Shown here: one piece after another, positions 35,256 through 43,375 of the stretch
Numbering within the stretch: the stretch's first letter is position 1
Layout: the number at the start of each line of letters is the position of its first letter
The notes under the pieces: generated by a model
What the model was told of the DNA's origin: nothing
Databases searched by the model: none
Seen by the model: only the letters and a program-made list of their open reading frames with translations
Translations under genes and position numbers: made by a program
Origin: Planctomycetota bacterium
GTDB lineage: Bacteria > Planctomycetota > PUPC01 > DSUN01
DNA length: 64,000 nucleotides
NCBI GenBank assembly: GCA_035527715.1
Contig: DATKZY010000144.1
Location: 4,444 to 68,443, forward strand
Direction: 5' to 3'

Positions 35256-36689
35256 TCACCGGTCCACGATCGAGCCGCGGGTCTTCAGGGCCTGGCGGAG
35301 CTTGGCCCCGTCGATCGCGCGCGGCGTAAGGCCCGCCGTGGCGCACCAGGCGGCGGCGAGCCCTGCGGCTTCGCCCATCGCCACGCAGTCGCCGGTGACG
35401 CGATAGGAGGCGTGGGCCTCGTGGGTGCCCGAGATGCAGCGGCCGGCCACGAGCAGCCGCTCCAGCCGCCGGGGCACGAGGCTGCGGTATGGGATGTGGT
35501 AGGGCTTGATGGCGGGGCGCCTCGCGTGGTCGCGGTCGGCCGGCCGCAGGGGGTGGATGTCCACGTTGAAGCTCGCCAGGCAGATGCCATCGGGGTGGCG
35601 GCGGCCGGCCACCATGTCGTCCAGCGTGACGACGTATTCGCCCAGGACGCGGCGGGTCTCGCGCACGCCGATCTGCTCCGCCGTGGCGACCAGGCGGGCG
35701 TCGCGCAGCTCGGGAATGTGGCGGAACAGCTCGGCCACCTGGCGGGCCTCGCGGCGCGCCGCGACGCACGCCGCCGAGAGCTGCCGGGCGTCCGTCGCAT
35801 CCACCTCGTAGACGTGGACGAGTTGGACCACGGCGTCGCCGGACCCCGGCAGGTTGATGATCCAGGGGCGGCAGAAGGGGGGCACTTGGGTGCCCTGCTC
35901 CTTGGCCGCCTGCTGCATCAGGCCATAGAGGTGGCCGGAGTTCTTCTGGAGGAAATGGCAGTTGGAGAGTCGGAACATCAGGGTCAGGGGCTGCATGAGG
36001 CCGTCCTCGGGCCGCCCCTTCTCGAAGGCGGCGCCCGCGCGGGCCGCCACGTCGCCGTCGCCCGTGCAGTCCACCACCACCTTGGCCAGGATGGCGGCGC
36101 GGCCCGACTTGTTCTCGACGAGGACTCCCTGGATGTTGGGGCCATCGAGGAGGGTGTCGGCCACCCAGGTGTGGAGCAGAAGCTCGACGCCCGCCTGCCC
36201 GGCCAACTCGTCGAGGAGGAACTTCATGGCCTCGGGGTCGAAGGTCGTGAGGAACCCCGGGTGGAGGGGATCGTCGCGCCAGGCGTTTCGCGCCTGGAGG
36301 GCGCGGACCAGTTCGCGGACGATGCCGCCCTTGTTGGCGTGGTCGAAGAGGGGGTTGAGGAGGCCGGTGGTCCACATGCCGCCGAGGGAGCCGTAGCGCT
36401 CGACGAGCATCGTCCTGGCTCCGGCCCGCGCGGCGGACAGCGCGGCTCCGATCCCCGCCGGCCCGCCGCCGGCCACGAGGACATCCACCTCCGCGACCAC
36501 GGGCGTCTGGCGTTCCCGCTCGGTGAGAAGCTTCATCGGCTCGGTTCTCCCTGTGCTCCCGTCGCCCCTGGGCGCGTCGCGGCGCGGGTCCGAGGCGCCC
36601 GCCAAGGCGTCGCGGGCCGCGAGGGCCGCCGCGGGAGCGATGGCGGCCGCCGCCAGGAAGTCGCGTCGAGGACGGCGCTGGGGGAGCAT
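35256..36689 (-). CDS. TAT-signal FAD-dependent oxidoreductase
   Basis: RRDFLAAAAIAPAAALAA twin-arginine signal. Dinucleotide-binding VDVLVAGGGPAGIGAALSAARAGA. Confidence 0.75.
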   Translation of the reverse strand: MLPQRRPRRDFLAAAAIAPAAALAARDALAGASDPRRDAPRGDGSTGRTEPMKLLTERERQTPVVAEVDVLVAGGGPAGIGAALSAARAGARTMLVERYGSLGGMWTTGLLNPLFDHANKGGIVRELVRALQARNAWRDDPLHPGFLTTFDPEAMKFLLDELAGQAGVELLLHTWVADTLLDGPNIQGVLVENKSGRAAILAKVVVDCTGDGDVAARAGAAFEKGRPEDGLMQPLTLMFRLSNCHFLQKNSGHLYGLMQQAAKEQGTQVPPFCRPWIINLPGSGDAVVQLVHVYEVDATDARQLSAACVAARREARQVAELFRHIPELRDARLVATAEQIGVRETRRVLGEYVVTLDDMVAGRRHPDGICLASFNVDIHPLRPADRDHARRPAIKPYHIPYRSLVPRRLERLLVAGRCISGTHEAHASYRVTGDCVAMGEAAGLAAAWCATAGLTPRAIDGAKLRQALKTRGSIVDR

Positions 36690-36736
36690 GCACTACCTCC
36701 TGCGGACGGGTCGGCCCGCAGGAGGCAGTGTAGTGC
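36690..36736 (-). promoter_or_regulatory. SD-sequestering 5'-UTR hairpin directly upstream of the FAD-oxidoreductase start codon; copy 1 of a repeated motif
   Basis: On the mRNA: GCACUAC-ACUGC-CUCCUGCGG / loop / CCGCAGGAG-GUAGUGC then AUG. The anti-SD CCUCCU pairs with the SD AGGAGG. Confidence 0.5.
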
Positions 36737-37214
36737 ACAGGGCGTTCAAAGGCAAGAGCGGCTACGGGACCAGGCCATACCTGTGCCTGTCACAGACGGC
36801 TTGTGTGTTCGCCTCCGGCCCACGCCTGGGCGACCCAGGACGGGTGCGATGACATGTCGAGCCATAATCTATGCCACCGTAGTGACTTGCATGTCAGCGG
36901 TGTGACAGGCACCGTGCCCCGACAGGCCCCGTGCCCCGCCGTGCCCCGTGCCGAGGAGGCCAAGAAGCGGTTTGAGAGGCTGAAGAAGCGCTTCGACGAG
37001 GCCGGCAAGCCTCCCGCCGCCCCCTGATGCCGCAAGGACGCCCGGTTCGTCGGTTCGGCGGCTCGGTGCCTCACACCCATGAGTTGGTTGTGGGCTCCGC
37101 AGGAGGCGCGGAGCCGCGTGGGGCGGGCTTGGCCATGTTGGCCCCAGCGCGAGCCGTACGGCAGTCTTGCAGCGGCTCCGTGGTTCCCTGCGGACACAGG
37201 CCGCGTCTCTCCGC

Positions 37215-37242
37215 TTGCATTCTGTGGGGGGGGCGCTACAAT
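37215..37242 (+). promoter_or_regulatory. Candidate sigma70-like promoter (TTGCAT, 16-nt spacer, TACAAT) about 65 nt upstream of the proline-racemase-family gene
   Basis: ttgcat-tctgtgggggggcgc-tacaat read directly. Promoter consensus for this lineage is uncertain. Confidence 0.3.
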
Positions 37243-37308
37243 CATCCTCGAAAGGGCTGCCCAACGGGGCTACCCACGAGTCAAATGGGAAATCTCGGGC
37301 GATAAGTG

Positions 37309-38352
37309 ATGAAGACATCCAAAGTGGTACATGTGGTGAGTTGCCACGCGGAAGGTGAAGTTGGCGATGTGATCGTCGGCGGAGTAGCGCCACCGCCCGG
37401 TGACACGATTTGGGAGCAGCGTTGTTTCATCGAGAAGGATGATCGTCTGCGGCGCTTTGTGCTCAACGAGCCGCGCGGGGGCGTCTTCCGGCACGTAAAC
37501 CTCTTGGTGCCGCCGAGGGATCCCCGTGCGCAGGTCGGCTGGATCATCATGGAGCCGGCTGATACTCCGCCGATGTCGGGGTCGAACTCGATCTGCGTGG
37601 CGACCGTGGTGCTCGACACCGGAATCGTTCCGATGACCGAGCCGGAAACAGAGTTGCTGATGGAAGCGCCGGGCGGTTTGGTCAAAGCGCGTGCACAATG
37701 TCGCAATGGCAAGGCGGAGCGAATCACGATCACCAACGTGCCTTCGTTTGCCGACAAGCTCGCGGCGCCGCTGGAAGTGGAAGGGCTCGGCACCCTCATT
37801 GTTGATACAGCCTATGGCGGCGACAGCTTCGTCATCGTCGATGCGAAAGCGTTGGGATTTGAAATCGTGCCGGACGAAGCCATCGAGCTTGTCGCGACCG
37901 GCATGAAGATCACGGCCGCGGCCAACGAGCAGCTCGGATTTCAGCACCCCGTGCATGCCGAGTGGAACCACATCTCGTTTTGTCAGTTTGCCGGCCCGCT
38001 TGCGGAGGAGAATGGCGTGCTGGTGGGGCCGAACGCCGTGTGCGTGCGCCCCGGCAAGATCGACCGGTCGCCAACCGGCACGGGTTGTTCGGCGCGCATG
38101 GCGGTTCTGCATGCGCAGGGACGCATGCAGGTCGGGGGCCGCTATCGGGCGCGCTCGATCATTGGCTCCGAGTTCGAATGTGGCATCGAGTCGTTGACTT
38201 CGCTGGGCAAGATGGATGCGATCGTGCCGACTGTTTCGGGGCGGGCGTGGGTCACGGGAACGCATCAACTCATGCTCGACCCGGACGACCCGTGGCCCGA
38301 AGGCTATCGGATCGCCGACACGTGGCCGGTCCTAGGAAGGAGAAGAACATGA
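37309..38352 (+). CDS. Proline racemase / 4-hydroxyproline epimerase family protein
   Basis: [10 protein letters not shown] and [14 protein letters not shown] are the two catalytic-Cys motifs of the PF05544 family. 347 aa. Lower GC than the surroundings. Confidence 0.75.
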   Translation: MKTSKVVHVVSCHAEGEVGDVIVGGVAPPPGDTIWEQRCFIEKDDRLRRFVLNEPRGGVFRHVNLLVPPRDPRAQVGWIIMEPADTPPMSGSNSICVATVVLDTGIVPMTEPETELLMEAPGGLVKARAQCRNGKAERITITNVPSFADKLAAPLEVEGLGTLIVDTAYGGDSFVIVDAKALGFEIVPDEAIELVATGMKITAAANEQLGFQHPVHAEWNHISFCQFAGPLAEENGVLVGPNAVCVRPGKIDRSPTGTGCSARMAVLHAQGRMQVGGRYRARSIIGSEFECGIESLTSLGKMDAIVPTVSGRAWVTGTHQLMLDPDDPWPEGYRIADTWPVLGRRRT

Positions 38353-39122
38353 TTGCAGGAGACGGAACTGCAGCCGTACGCCTGCTTCTCTCCATGGTGA
38401 CGACGTGGGTCGCCCTATCTGCCGGGGCGTACGCGGCCGACGCTAAATCGGATGCCAGGAAAGAGGCGCCTCAAAACGCCCACTTCGATCCCGTCATCAA
38501 GAACATCGAGGGCTGGACCGTTCACGTCGACCCGAAGTTGCTCGAAGGCGAGCACGCCGAGGGAGGGGCCCGGGCGCTGACGATGCTCGCCAATCACCTG
38601 CAACGCATCGCAATCCTGATGCCGACAGACCGCCTCGAAGAGCTGCGGAAAGTGGGGATCTGGATCGAGTACGACCATCCCGATATCAATGCGGAACCGG
38701 GGCCGTACCACCCCAGCGTTGACTGGCTCACCGCGCGAGGCTACGATGCCCGGCTGGCGAAAAAGGTGCATATCACGCGGGCGGCGTCGCTTCTGGAGCG
38801 ACACCATATGATCAAGCACCCGGCCGTCATCCTGCACGAGTTGGCCCACGCTTACCACGACCAGGTCCTCGGCTTCGATGAGCCGCGCATCAAGGCCGCG
38901 TACGACAAAGCGATGAAGGCCGGCATCTACGACAAAGTGCTGCTGTACACCGGCCAGAAGGTCCGCCATTATGCGGCGACCAATCACAAGGAGTACTTCG
39001 CCGAAGGGACCGAGGCGTACTTCTACCGCAACGACTTCTACCCGTTCGTGCGGGCAGAACTCAAGGAACACGATCCCGTGCTGCATGATCTGCTGGAAGA
39101 ACTCTGGGGCCCGCTGAAGTAA
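38349..39122 (+). CDS. Secreted HEXXH zinc-metallopeptidase-like protein
   Basis: ATGA overlap with the upstream gene; GGAAGGAG RBS. Signal peptide. [13 protein letters not shown]. Confidence 0.6.
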   Translation: MIAGDGTAAVRLLLSMVTTWVALSAGAYAADAKSDARKEAPQNAHFDPVIKNIEGWTVHVDPKLLEGEHAEGGARALTMLANHLQRIAILMPTDRLEELRKVGIWIEYDHPDINAEPGPYHPSVDWLTARGYDARLAKKVHITRAASLLERHHMIKHPAVILHELAHAYHDQVLGFDEPRIKAAYDKAMKAGIYDKVLLYTGQKVRHYAATNHKEYFAEGTEAYFYRNDFYPFVRAELKEHDPVLHDLLEELWGPLK

Positions 39123-39155
39123 CCGCACGCCCCCATTCGCAAGGAGAACCCAACC

Positions 39156-40457
39156 ATGATGGCAAGCAACAGAAGCACAACCGTGTGGGCCCTGGTCGCC
39201 GTGGTGATAGCAGGATTCGCCTTCAATGCAGCGGCGGACGCCGCCAAACCGCTGAAGGTCTACATCCTGGCCGGGCAGTCCAATATGCAGGGGCATGCCA
39301 AGGTCGAGACGTTCGACTACATCGGCGACGACCCGGCCACCGCGCCGTTGCTCAAGGACATGCGCGGCCCCGACGGCAAGCCGCGCGTCTGCGAGAAGGT
39401 GTGGATATCCTATCTCACGGGATCTAGAGACGGCAACGGCGAAGGGTTTGGCAAGTTGACGGCCGGGTATGGGGCTCGCAGCGACCCCGCCGAAGACGGC
39501 GGCAAGATCGGCCCGGAGTTCCCCTTTGGCCTCACCATGGAAAAGGCGACCGACGGACCGATCCTGATCATCAAGACCGCGTGGGGCGGCAAGAGCCTGC
39601 ATACCGATTTTCGCCCGCCGAGCGCCGGACCTTACGAATTCAATGACGCGCAGTTGGAGGGCCTCAAGAAGCAGGGCAAGGATATTGAAAAGGTCAAAGC
39701 CGACAAGGCGAAAGCGACGGGACACTACTATCGCCTGATGACCGACCATGTGAAGAAGGTCCTGGCAGACATCAAGCGGGTCGTGCCGGACTACGACCCC
39801 AAGCAGGGCTACGAGATCGCCGGGTTCGTCTGGTTCCAGGGCTGGAACGACATGTGCGATCCTGGCACGTATCCCAACAGCAGCAAGCCCGGCGGATACG
39901 CCAAGTACAGCGAGTGGATGGCGGACTTCATTCGCGACGTCCGCAAGGACCTCAACGCCCCCAAGATGCCCTTTGTCATCGGCGTCATCGGCGTGAACGG
40001 CGATAAGGCCACTGGCGGGTTAGCCCATATCCGGCCTGCCATGGCTGCTCCGGCAGAGATGCCCGAGTTCAAAGGCAATGTCGCTGCAGTCCAGACGGCG
40101 CCATACTGGGACGAGCCTTTGGCGGACATCGAGGCGAAGCACGGCAAGATCGGGAAGGTGAGCTACTACCTGAGGAAAGGGGGCGTACCGGGGGCGGTGG
40201 TGTCCAGTAATTACCCGATAGCCTACTTGCTGCGGAAACAATACTGGGATACCCCGGCCGAAGACCGCAAGATGACCAAGGAGGAGCAGCAGGCCTATAT
40301 GAAAGAGTACCGAGCCAAGCTGATCACCCCCGAGGATGAAGCCATGTGGCAGCGCGGCGCCTCCAACGCCGGCTACCACTACCTCGGCTGCGCCAAGACC
40401 ATGGCGCTGATCGGCAAGGCCTTTGCCGAGGCCATGCTGGAGATGGAGAAGAAGTGA
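39156..40457 (+). CDS. Sialate O-acetylesterase-like / DUF303 (SGNH-type) carbohydrate esterase
   Basis: AAGGAG RBS. Signal peptide. Hallmark LKVYILAGQSNMQG. GFVWFQGWNDM. Confidence 0.75.
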   Translation: MMASNRSTTVWALVAVVIAGFAFNAAADAAKPLKVYILAGQSNMQGHAKVETFDYIGDDPATAPLLKDMRGPDGKPRVCEKVWISYLTGSRDGNGEGFGKLTAGYGARSDPAEDGGKIGPEFPFGLTMEKATDGPILIIKTAWGGKSLHTDFRPPSAGPYEFNDAQLEGLKKQGKDIEKVKADKAKATGHYYRLMTDHVKKVLADIKRVVPDYDPKQGYEIAGFVWFQGWNDMCDPGTYPNSSKPGGYAKYSEWMADFIRDVRKDLNAPKMPFVIGVIGVNGDKATGGLAHIRPAMAAPAEMPEFKGNVAAVQTAPYWDEPLADIEAKHGKIGKVSYYLRKGGVPGAVVSSNYPIAYLLRKQYWDTPAEDRKMTKEEQQAYMKEYRAKLITPEDEAMWQRGASNAGYHYLGCAKTMALIGKAFAEAMLEMEKK

Positions 40458-40630
40458 CCGATTGAGTGGCCCTCGTGAGCTGGGCTGGGCACCCTCCTCG
40501 GCTTCGAGTCCTCGTCAGGGAGCCACTTTTTCGGGCCGCGAGATGATCCCCCGCTCTGTTCGAGCCCTCGTCGGGGAGGCGAGGCCTTAAGTTGTTAAGT
40601 TGTGGCCTGACCCTGGCGCGCGCAGAAGTG

Positions 40631-40820
40631 GTCGAGTCTGGCGAGTCTGGGCGACTCTGGGCTAGAAGGCCGAGAATCGGCGATCCGCGAGTCGGGTGGC
40701 CGGCGAGTCTGGGTTTCTCCTGGCCGGAAGTGCGAGAATGGCTAAATGGGTGCGCCGAAAATGGAGAACCCCCGGCGAGACTGAGCCGGAAGGGCGAGAA
40801 TCGCCAAACGGCGAGTCGGG
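40631..40820. repeat. Degenerate direct-repeat array (~60-bp period, at least 10 copies of a GCGAG(A/T)(A/C)T(C/G)GG-like core) in a 3'/3' convergent intergenic region
   Basis: gtcgagtctggcgagtctgggcgactctggg...ggccgagaatcgg...cgcgagtcggg...ggcgagtctggg...gtgcgagaatgg...ggcgagactgag...gggcgagaatcgcc...ggcgagtcgggg. Confidence 0.6.
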
Positions 40821-40828
40821 GAAGTGGA

Positions 40829-42058
40829 TCATCGTGCCTGGATGTCGTAGGCGGACAGGCAGTCGCTGTGGCGGAGGTAAAGGCGGCCGCCGGAGACGAC
40901 TGGGTGCGCCCAGAAGAGGCCAGGGCCGGCCTTCGGCAACTGGAACTGGCTGACGACCCGCCGCCCGGCCGGCGAGGGCTGGATGAGCATCACCCGCCCC
41001 CGCTCGTCCATCGCGTAGATCATCCCGTCGGCATAGGTCACGGAGCCGCCGACGCCGGTCGGCTCCGAGTGCATGAGCTTGCCCGTCTGCCACTCCAGGC
41101 AGTCCCAGCGCGGCTTGTAGTTGCCGTGGCAGAAGCCGTAGAGATAGCCGTCGAGGAGGATGACCCCGCCGTGATGGCTGTCGAGCTTGTCAGTGCTCCA
41201 GGCCAGCTCGACGGAGCATTTCCTGCCCTCGACGTTGAGCTTGAGGAGGCGGCTGCCGCGGGCGTGGGCCGTGGCGAAGTAGATGTGCCCGTCGTGGAAG
41301 AGCGGCGTGAAGATGCTCTCGTCGTACGGCGTCACGTGCTCGACCTTCCAGAGAAACTCCCCCGTGTCGGCGTTCACGCCGACAATGGCCTTGGCCATGA
41401 GGGTGACGACTTGGCGAAGGCCCTGGTGCTCGACGAGGATGGGCGAGGCATAGCCGGGCTTCTCACCGATGCCTCTGGCCGTCCACACTGTTTCGCCCGT
41501 GAGCTTGTTGAGGGCGACGATGCCGACCTCCTCGCCGCCGGGCACGCAGACGAGGCGGTCGCCGTCCACGAGCGGCGACTCGGCGAGGCCCCAGCGGATG
41601 TTGCGCCCGTTGAACTTCTTCAGGATGTTGAGCGACCACAGGGGCTTGCCGCTCCTGGCGTCCAGGCACACGACGTCCCCATCGGAGTTCTCGTGGTAGA
41701 GGCGCCCCCTGTCCACCGTTGGGGTCGAGCGGGTGCCGGGGTGCTCGCGCTTGTAGGCGGGGCCATTCTTCGCGGTCCAGGCCACCTTGCCACCGAGGTC
41801 GAGGGCGGTGATAAGCGTGTCGTTGCCGACGCTGCCTGTGATGTAGATAAGGCCGTGGGCAACCGCCACGCAGGCGAAGCCGTGGCCGATGCCCCTGGCC
41901 GTCCACAGCAGCTTCGGCCCGCCCTCGGGCCATTCCTTCCGCAGGCCGGTTTCGGCCGACGTGTTGTCGCGGCCCGGGCCGTGGAATTGCGGCCAGTCGG
42001 CTCCCGACGCCTGGCCGAGCGAGAGCGCGAGGAGGAGGCCCAAAGGCAGGCTGAACAT
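40829..42058 (-). CDS. Secreted PQQ-repeat beta-propeller protein (BamB/PQQ-enzyme-repeat family)
   Basis: Signal peptide MFSLPLGLLLALSLGQASG. Repeated DWPQFHG...G.LY..., GD.VVCLDA.SGK.LW units. AGGAGG RBS. The track ORF 40829..42553 is over-extended. Confidence 0.75.
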   Translation of the reverse strand: MFSLPLGLLLALSLGQASGADWPQFHGPGRDNTSAETGLRKEWPEGGPKLLWTARGIGHGFACVAVAHGLIYITGSVGNDTLITALDLGGKVAWTAKNGPAYKREHPGTRSTPTVDRGRLYHENSDGDVVCLDARSGKPLWSLNILKKFNGRNIRWGLAESPLVDGDRLVCVPGGEEVGIVALNKLTGETVWTARGIGEKPGYASPILVEHQGLRQVVTLMAKAIVGVNADTGEFLWKVEHVTPYDESIFTPLFHDGHIYFATAHARGSRLLKLNVEGRKCSVELAWSTDKLDSHHGGVILLDGYLYGFCHGNYKPRWDCLEWQTGKLMHSEPTGVGGSVTYADGMIYAMDERGRVMLIQPSPAGRRVVSQFQLPKAGPGLFWAHPVVSGGRLYLRHSDCLSAYDIQAR

Positions 42059-42062
42059 GAGA

Positions 42063-42108
42063 CTGCCTCCTGCGGATGGGTAGTCCCGCAGGAGGCAGTG
42101 TAATGCAC
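42063..42108 (-). promoter_or_regulatory. SD-sequestering 5'-UTR hairpin upstream of the PQQ-propeller gene; copy 2 of the motif at 36690-36736
   Basis: ctgcctcctgcgg-atgggtagtc-ccgcaggaggcag, a perfect 13-bp stem. The 3' arm contains the SD 4 nt before AUG. The 5' flank tgcattacactg is shared with copy 1. Confidence 0.5.
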
Positions 42109-42131
42109 TTGGCGTCGGAAGACAAGGGCGG

Positions 42132-43214
42132 CTACGGCACGAGCTGCTCGATGGGGAAGCGCGACTTGGGCGGAGCGGCGGGGGCCTCATCGGCAGCCTC
42201 GGCGACGAGCTTCGGCGGCTTCGCGGCGCTCTGGGCCTGCCGGAGGGCGGCCAACTCGGCCTTCGCTGCGGCAACGTCGCGGGCGACCGCGAGGGCGATC
42301 TCATCGGGCGGCAGCGGAGGCAGCGGCGCCTCGGCGAGCCGCTCGGCCTTGGCCGGCTTGGGCGCCGGGGCCGAGGCGGTCGCCGGCGCGGGCGGCGCAG
42401 GGGGCGCCAGGGGCGGCGTCGGCTCGGCCGAGGCCAGGGTGGCCGGCTTCGACGCCGACGGGACCTCGGCCGGCGGGCCGAACTCAAATGGCGAGGAGCG
42501 CCTCTCCCCGCGGTCGGCCTTCGCCGCCCGCGCGGGCGGCGCCGAGGCCACAACGGGCGGCTTGGGTGCGGCAGCAGGGGCCGGCGCGGGCGGCGTCGCG
42601 GTCACAGCGGCCGGCTTCGGCGCCGTCGGGGCCTTGGCCACCTTCGTCGTATTCCCTGCCTTCGCCACGCGGGTCTCGGTCACCTCGCTCCGCTCACCGA
42701 ACGGGATCCAGCCGAACCAGCCGCAGAAGAAGTCGGCCATCTTGAAGTAGTTCAGGTTCCACATCACCCCCACGTAGCCGAGATGGAGGTAGTGGACGCA
42801 GGCGGGGCGGTACTTGGTCTTGCCCTCCTTGGCGCTCTGGGCGATGCCGATGACGCCGACCCTGTGGCTCTCCGTGGTGGCCTTGTCCTTGTCGTTGAAG
42901 CCCTTCCAGCTATTCTCCTCGTGGCCCCAGAAGAGCAAGCCGGAGTTGTTCTGGTGGTGCTCGCCGGCGCCCAGCTTGCCGCCGCCCATCCCCACGAAAT
43001 AGCCGTCCACCTTGCTGTACCCCAGCGGCGTGACCATCGGGCAGTTCGCGTAGAGCCCGAACTGCGGCTTCTTCGAGAACGTGAGCCCCAGGTCCATCAT
43101 CTGGCTCGCGTCGGCCCCCCGGTTCCTGAGATACGTGCAGCCCGACGCCCCGGCGACCAGCAGCGCACAAACCGCGATGGACAATCTTTTCCCGTGAACA
43201 ATCCCACTACGCAT
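42132..43214 (-). CDS. Lipoprotein with a conserved Cys/His-containing N-domain and a Pro/Ala-rich low-complexity C-terminus; paralog of 45232..45819
   Basis: Lipobox [43 protein letters not shown]...CVHYLHLGYVG matches the second lipoprotein. C-terminal APAPKP-type repeats. Confidence 0.7.
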   Translation of the reverse strand: MRSGIVHGKRLSIAVCALLVAGASGCTYLRNRGADASQMMDLGLTFSKKPQFGLYANCPMVTPLGYSKVDGYFVGMGGGKLGAGEHHQNNSGLLFWGHEENSWKGFNDKDKATTESHRVGVIGIAQSAKEGKTKYRPACVHYLHLGYVGVMWNLNYFKMADFFCGWFGWIPFGERSEVTETRVAKAGNTTKVAKAPTAPKPAAVTATPPAPAPAAAPKPPVVASAPPARAAKADRGERRSSPFEFGPPAEVPSASKPATLASAEPTPPLAPPAPPAPATASAPAPKPAKAERLAEAPLPPLPPDEIALAVARDVAAAKAELAALRQAQSAAKPPKLVAEAADEAPAAPPKSRFPIEQLVP

Positions 43215-43375
43215 GACCAGTCTCCAAGAGAAGCCGTCCCGCTCCTTGGGAACACGAAAGTCTATGGATTATACACGGGGAGATACGAGGATGCACGAGT
43301 ATAACAGGAATGTAACGGAAAGCAAAGGGAAAATCGTGATTCCGTAAGAATCCGCCGTTTCGTGGCCACCGGGGC

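Noticed and set aside
30991-36738. 1915-aa minus ORF
   Set aside because: It fuses the giant PA14/FGE gene (to 35154), a 100-bp intergenic region and the FAD-oxidoreductase gene in another frame. The N-terminal MHYTASCG... comes from the repeated hairpin element.
36803-37027. 74-aa plus ORF in the 560-bp gap
   Set aside because: No RBS and a low-complexity N-terminus. Only the C-terminal basic segment looks protein-like; it is reported as a low-interest observation instead.
40631-40820. Possible CRISPR array
   Set aside because: The repeats are short, degenerate and not separated by uniform unique spacers. There are no cas genes in the window.
40592-42103. 503-aa plus ORF antisense to the PQQ-propeller gene
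   Set aside because: Antisense artefact.
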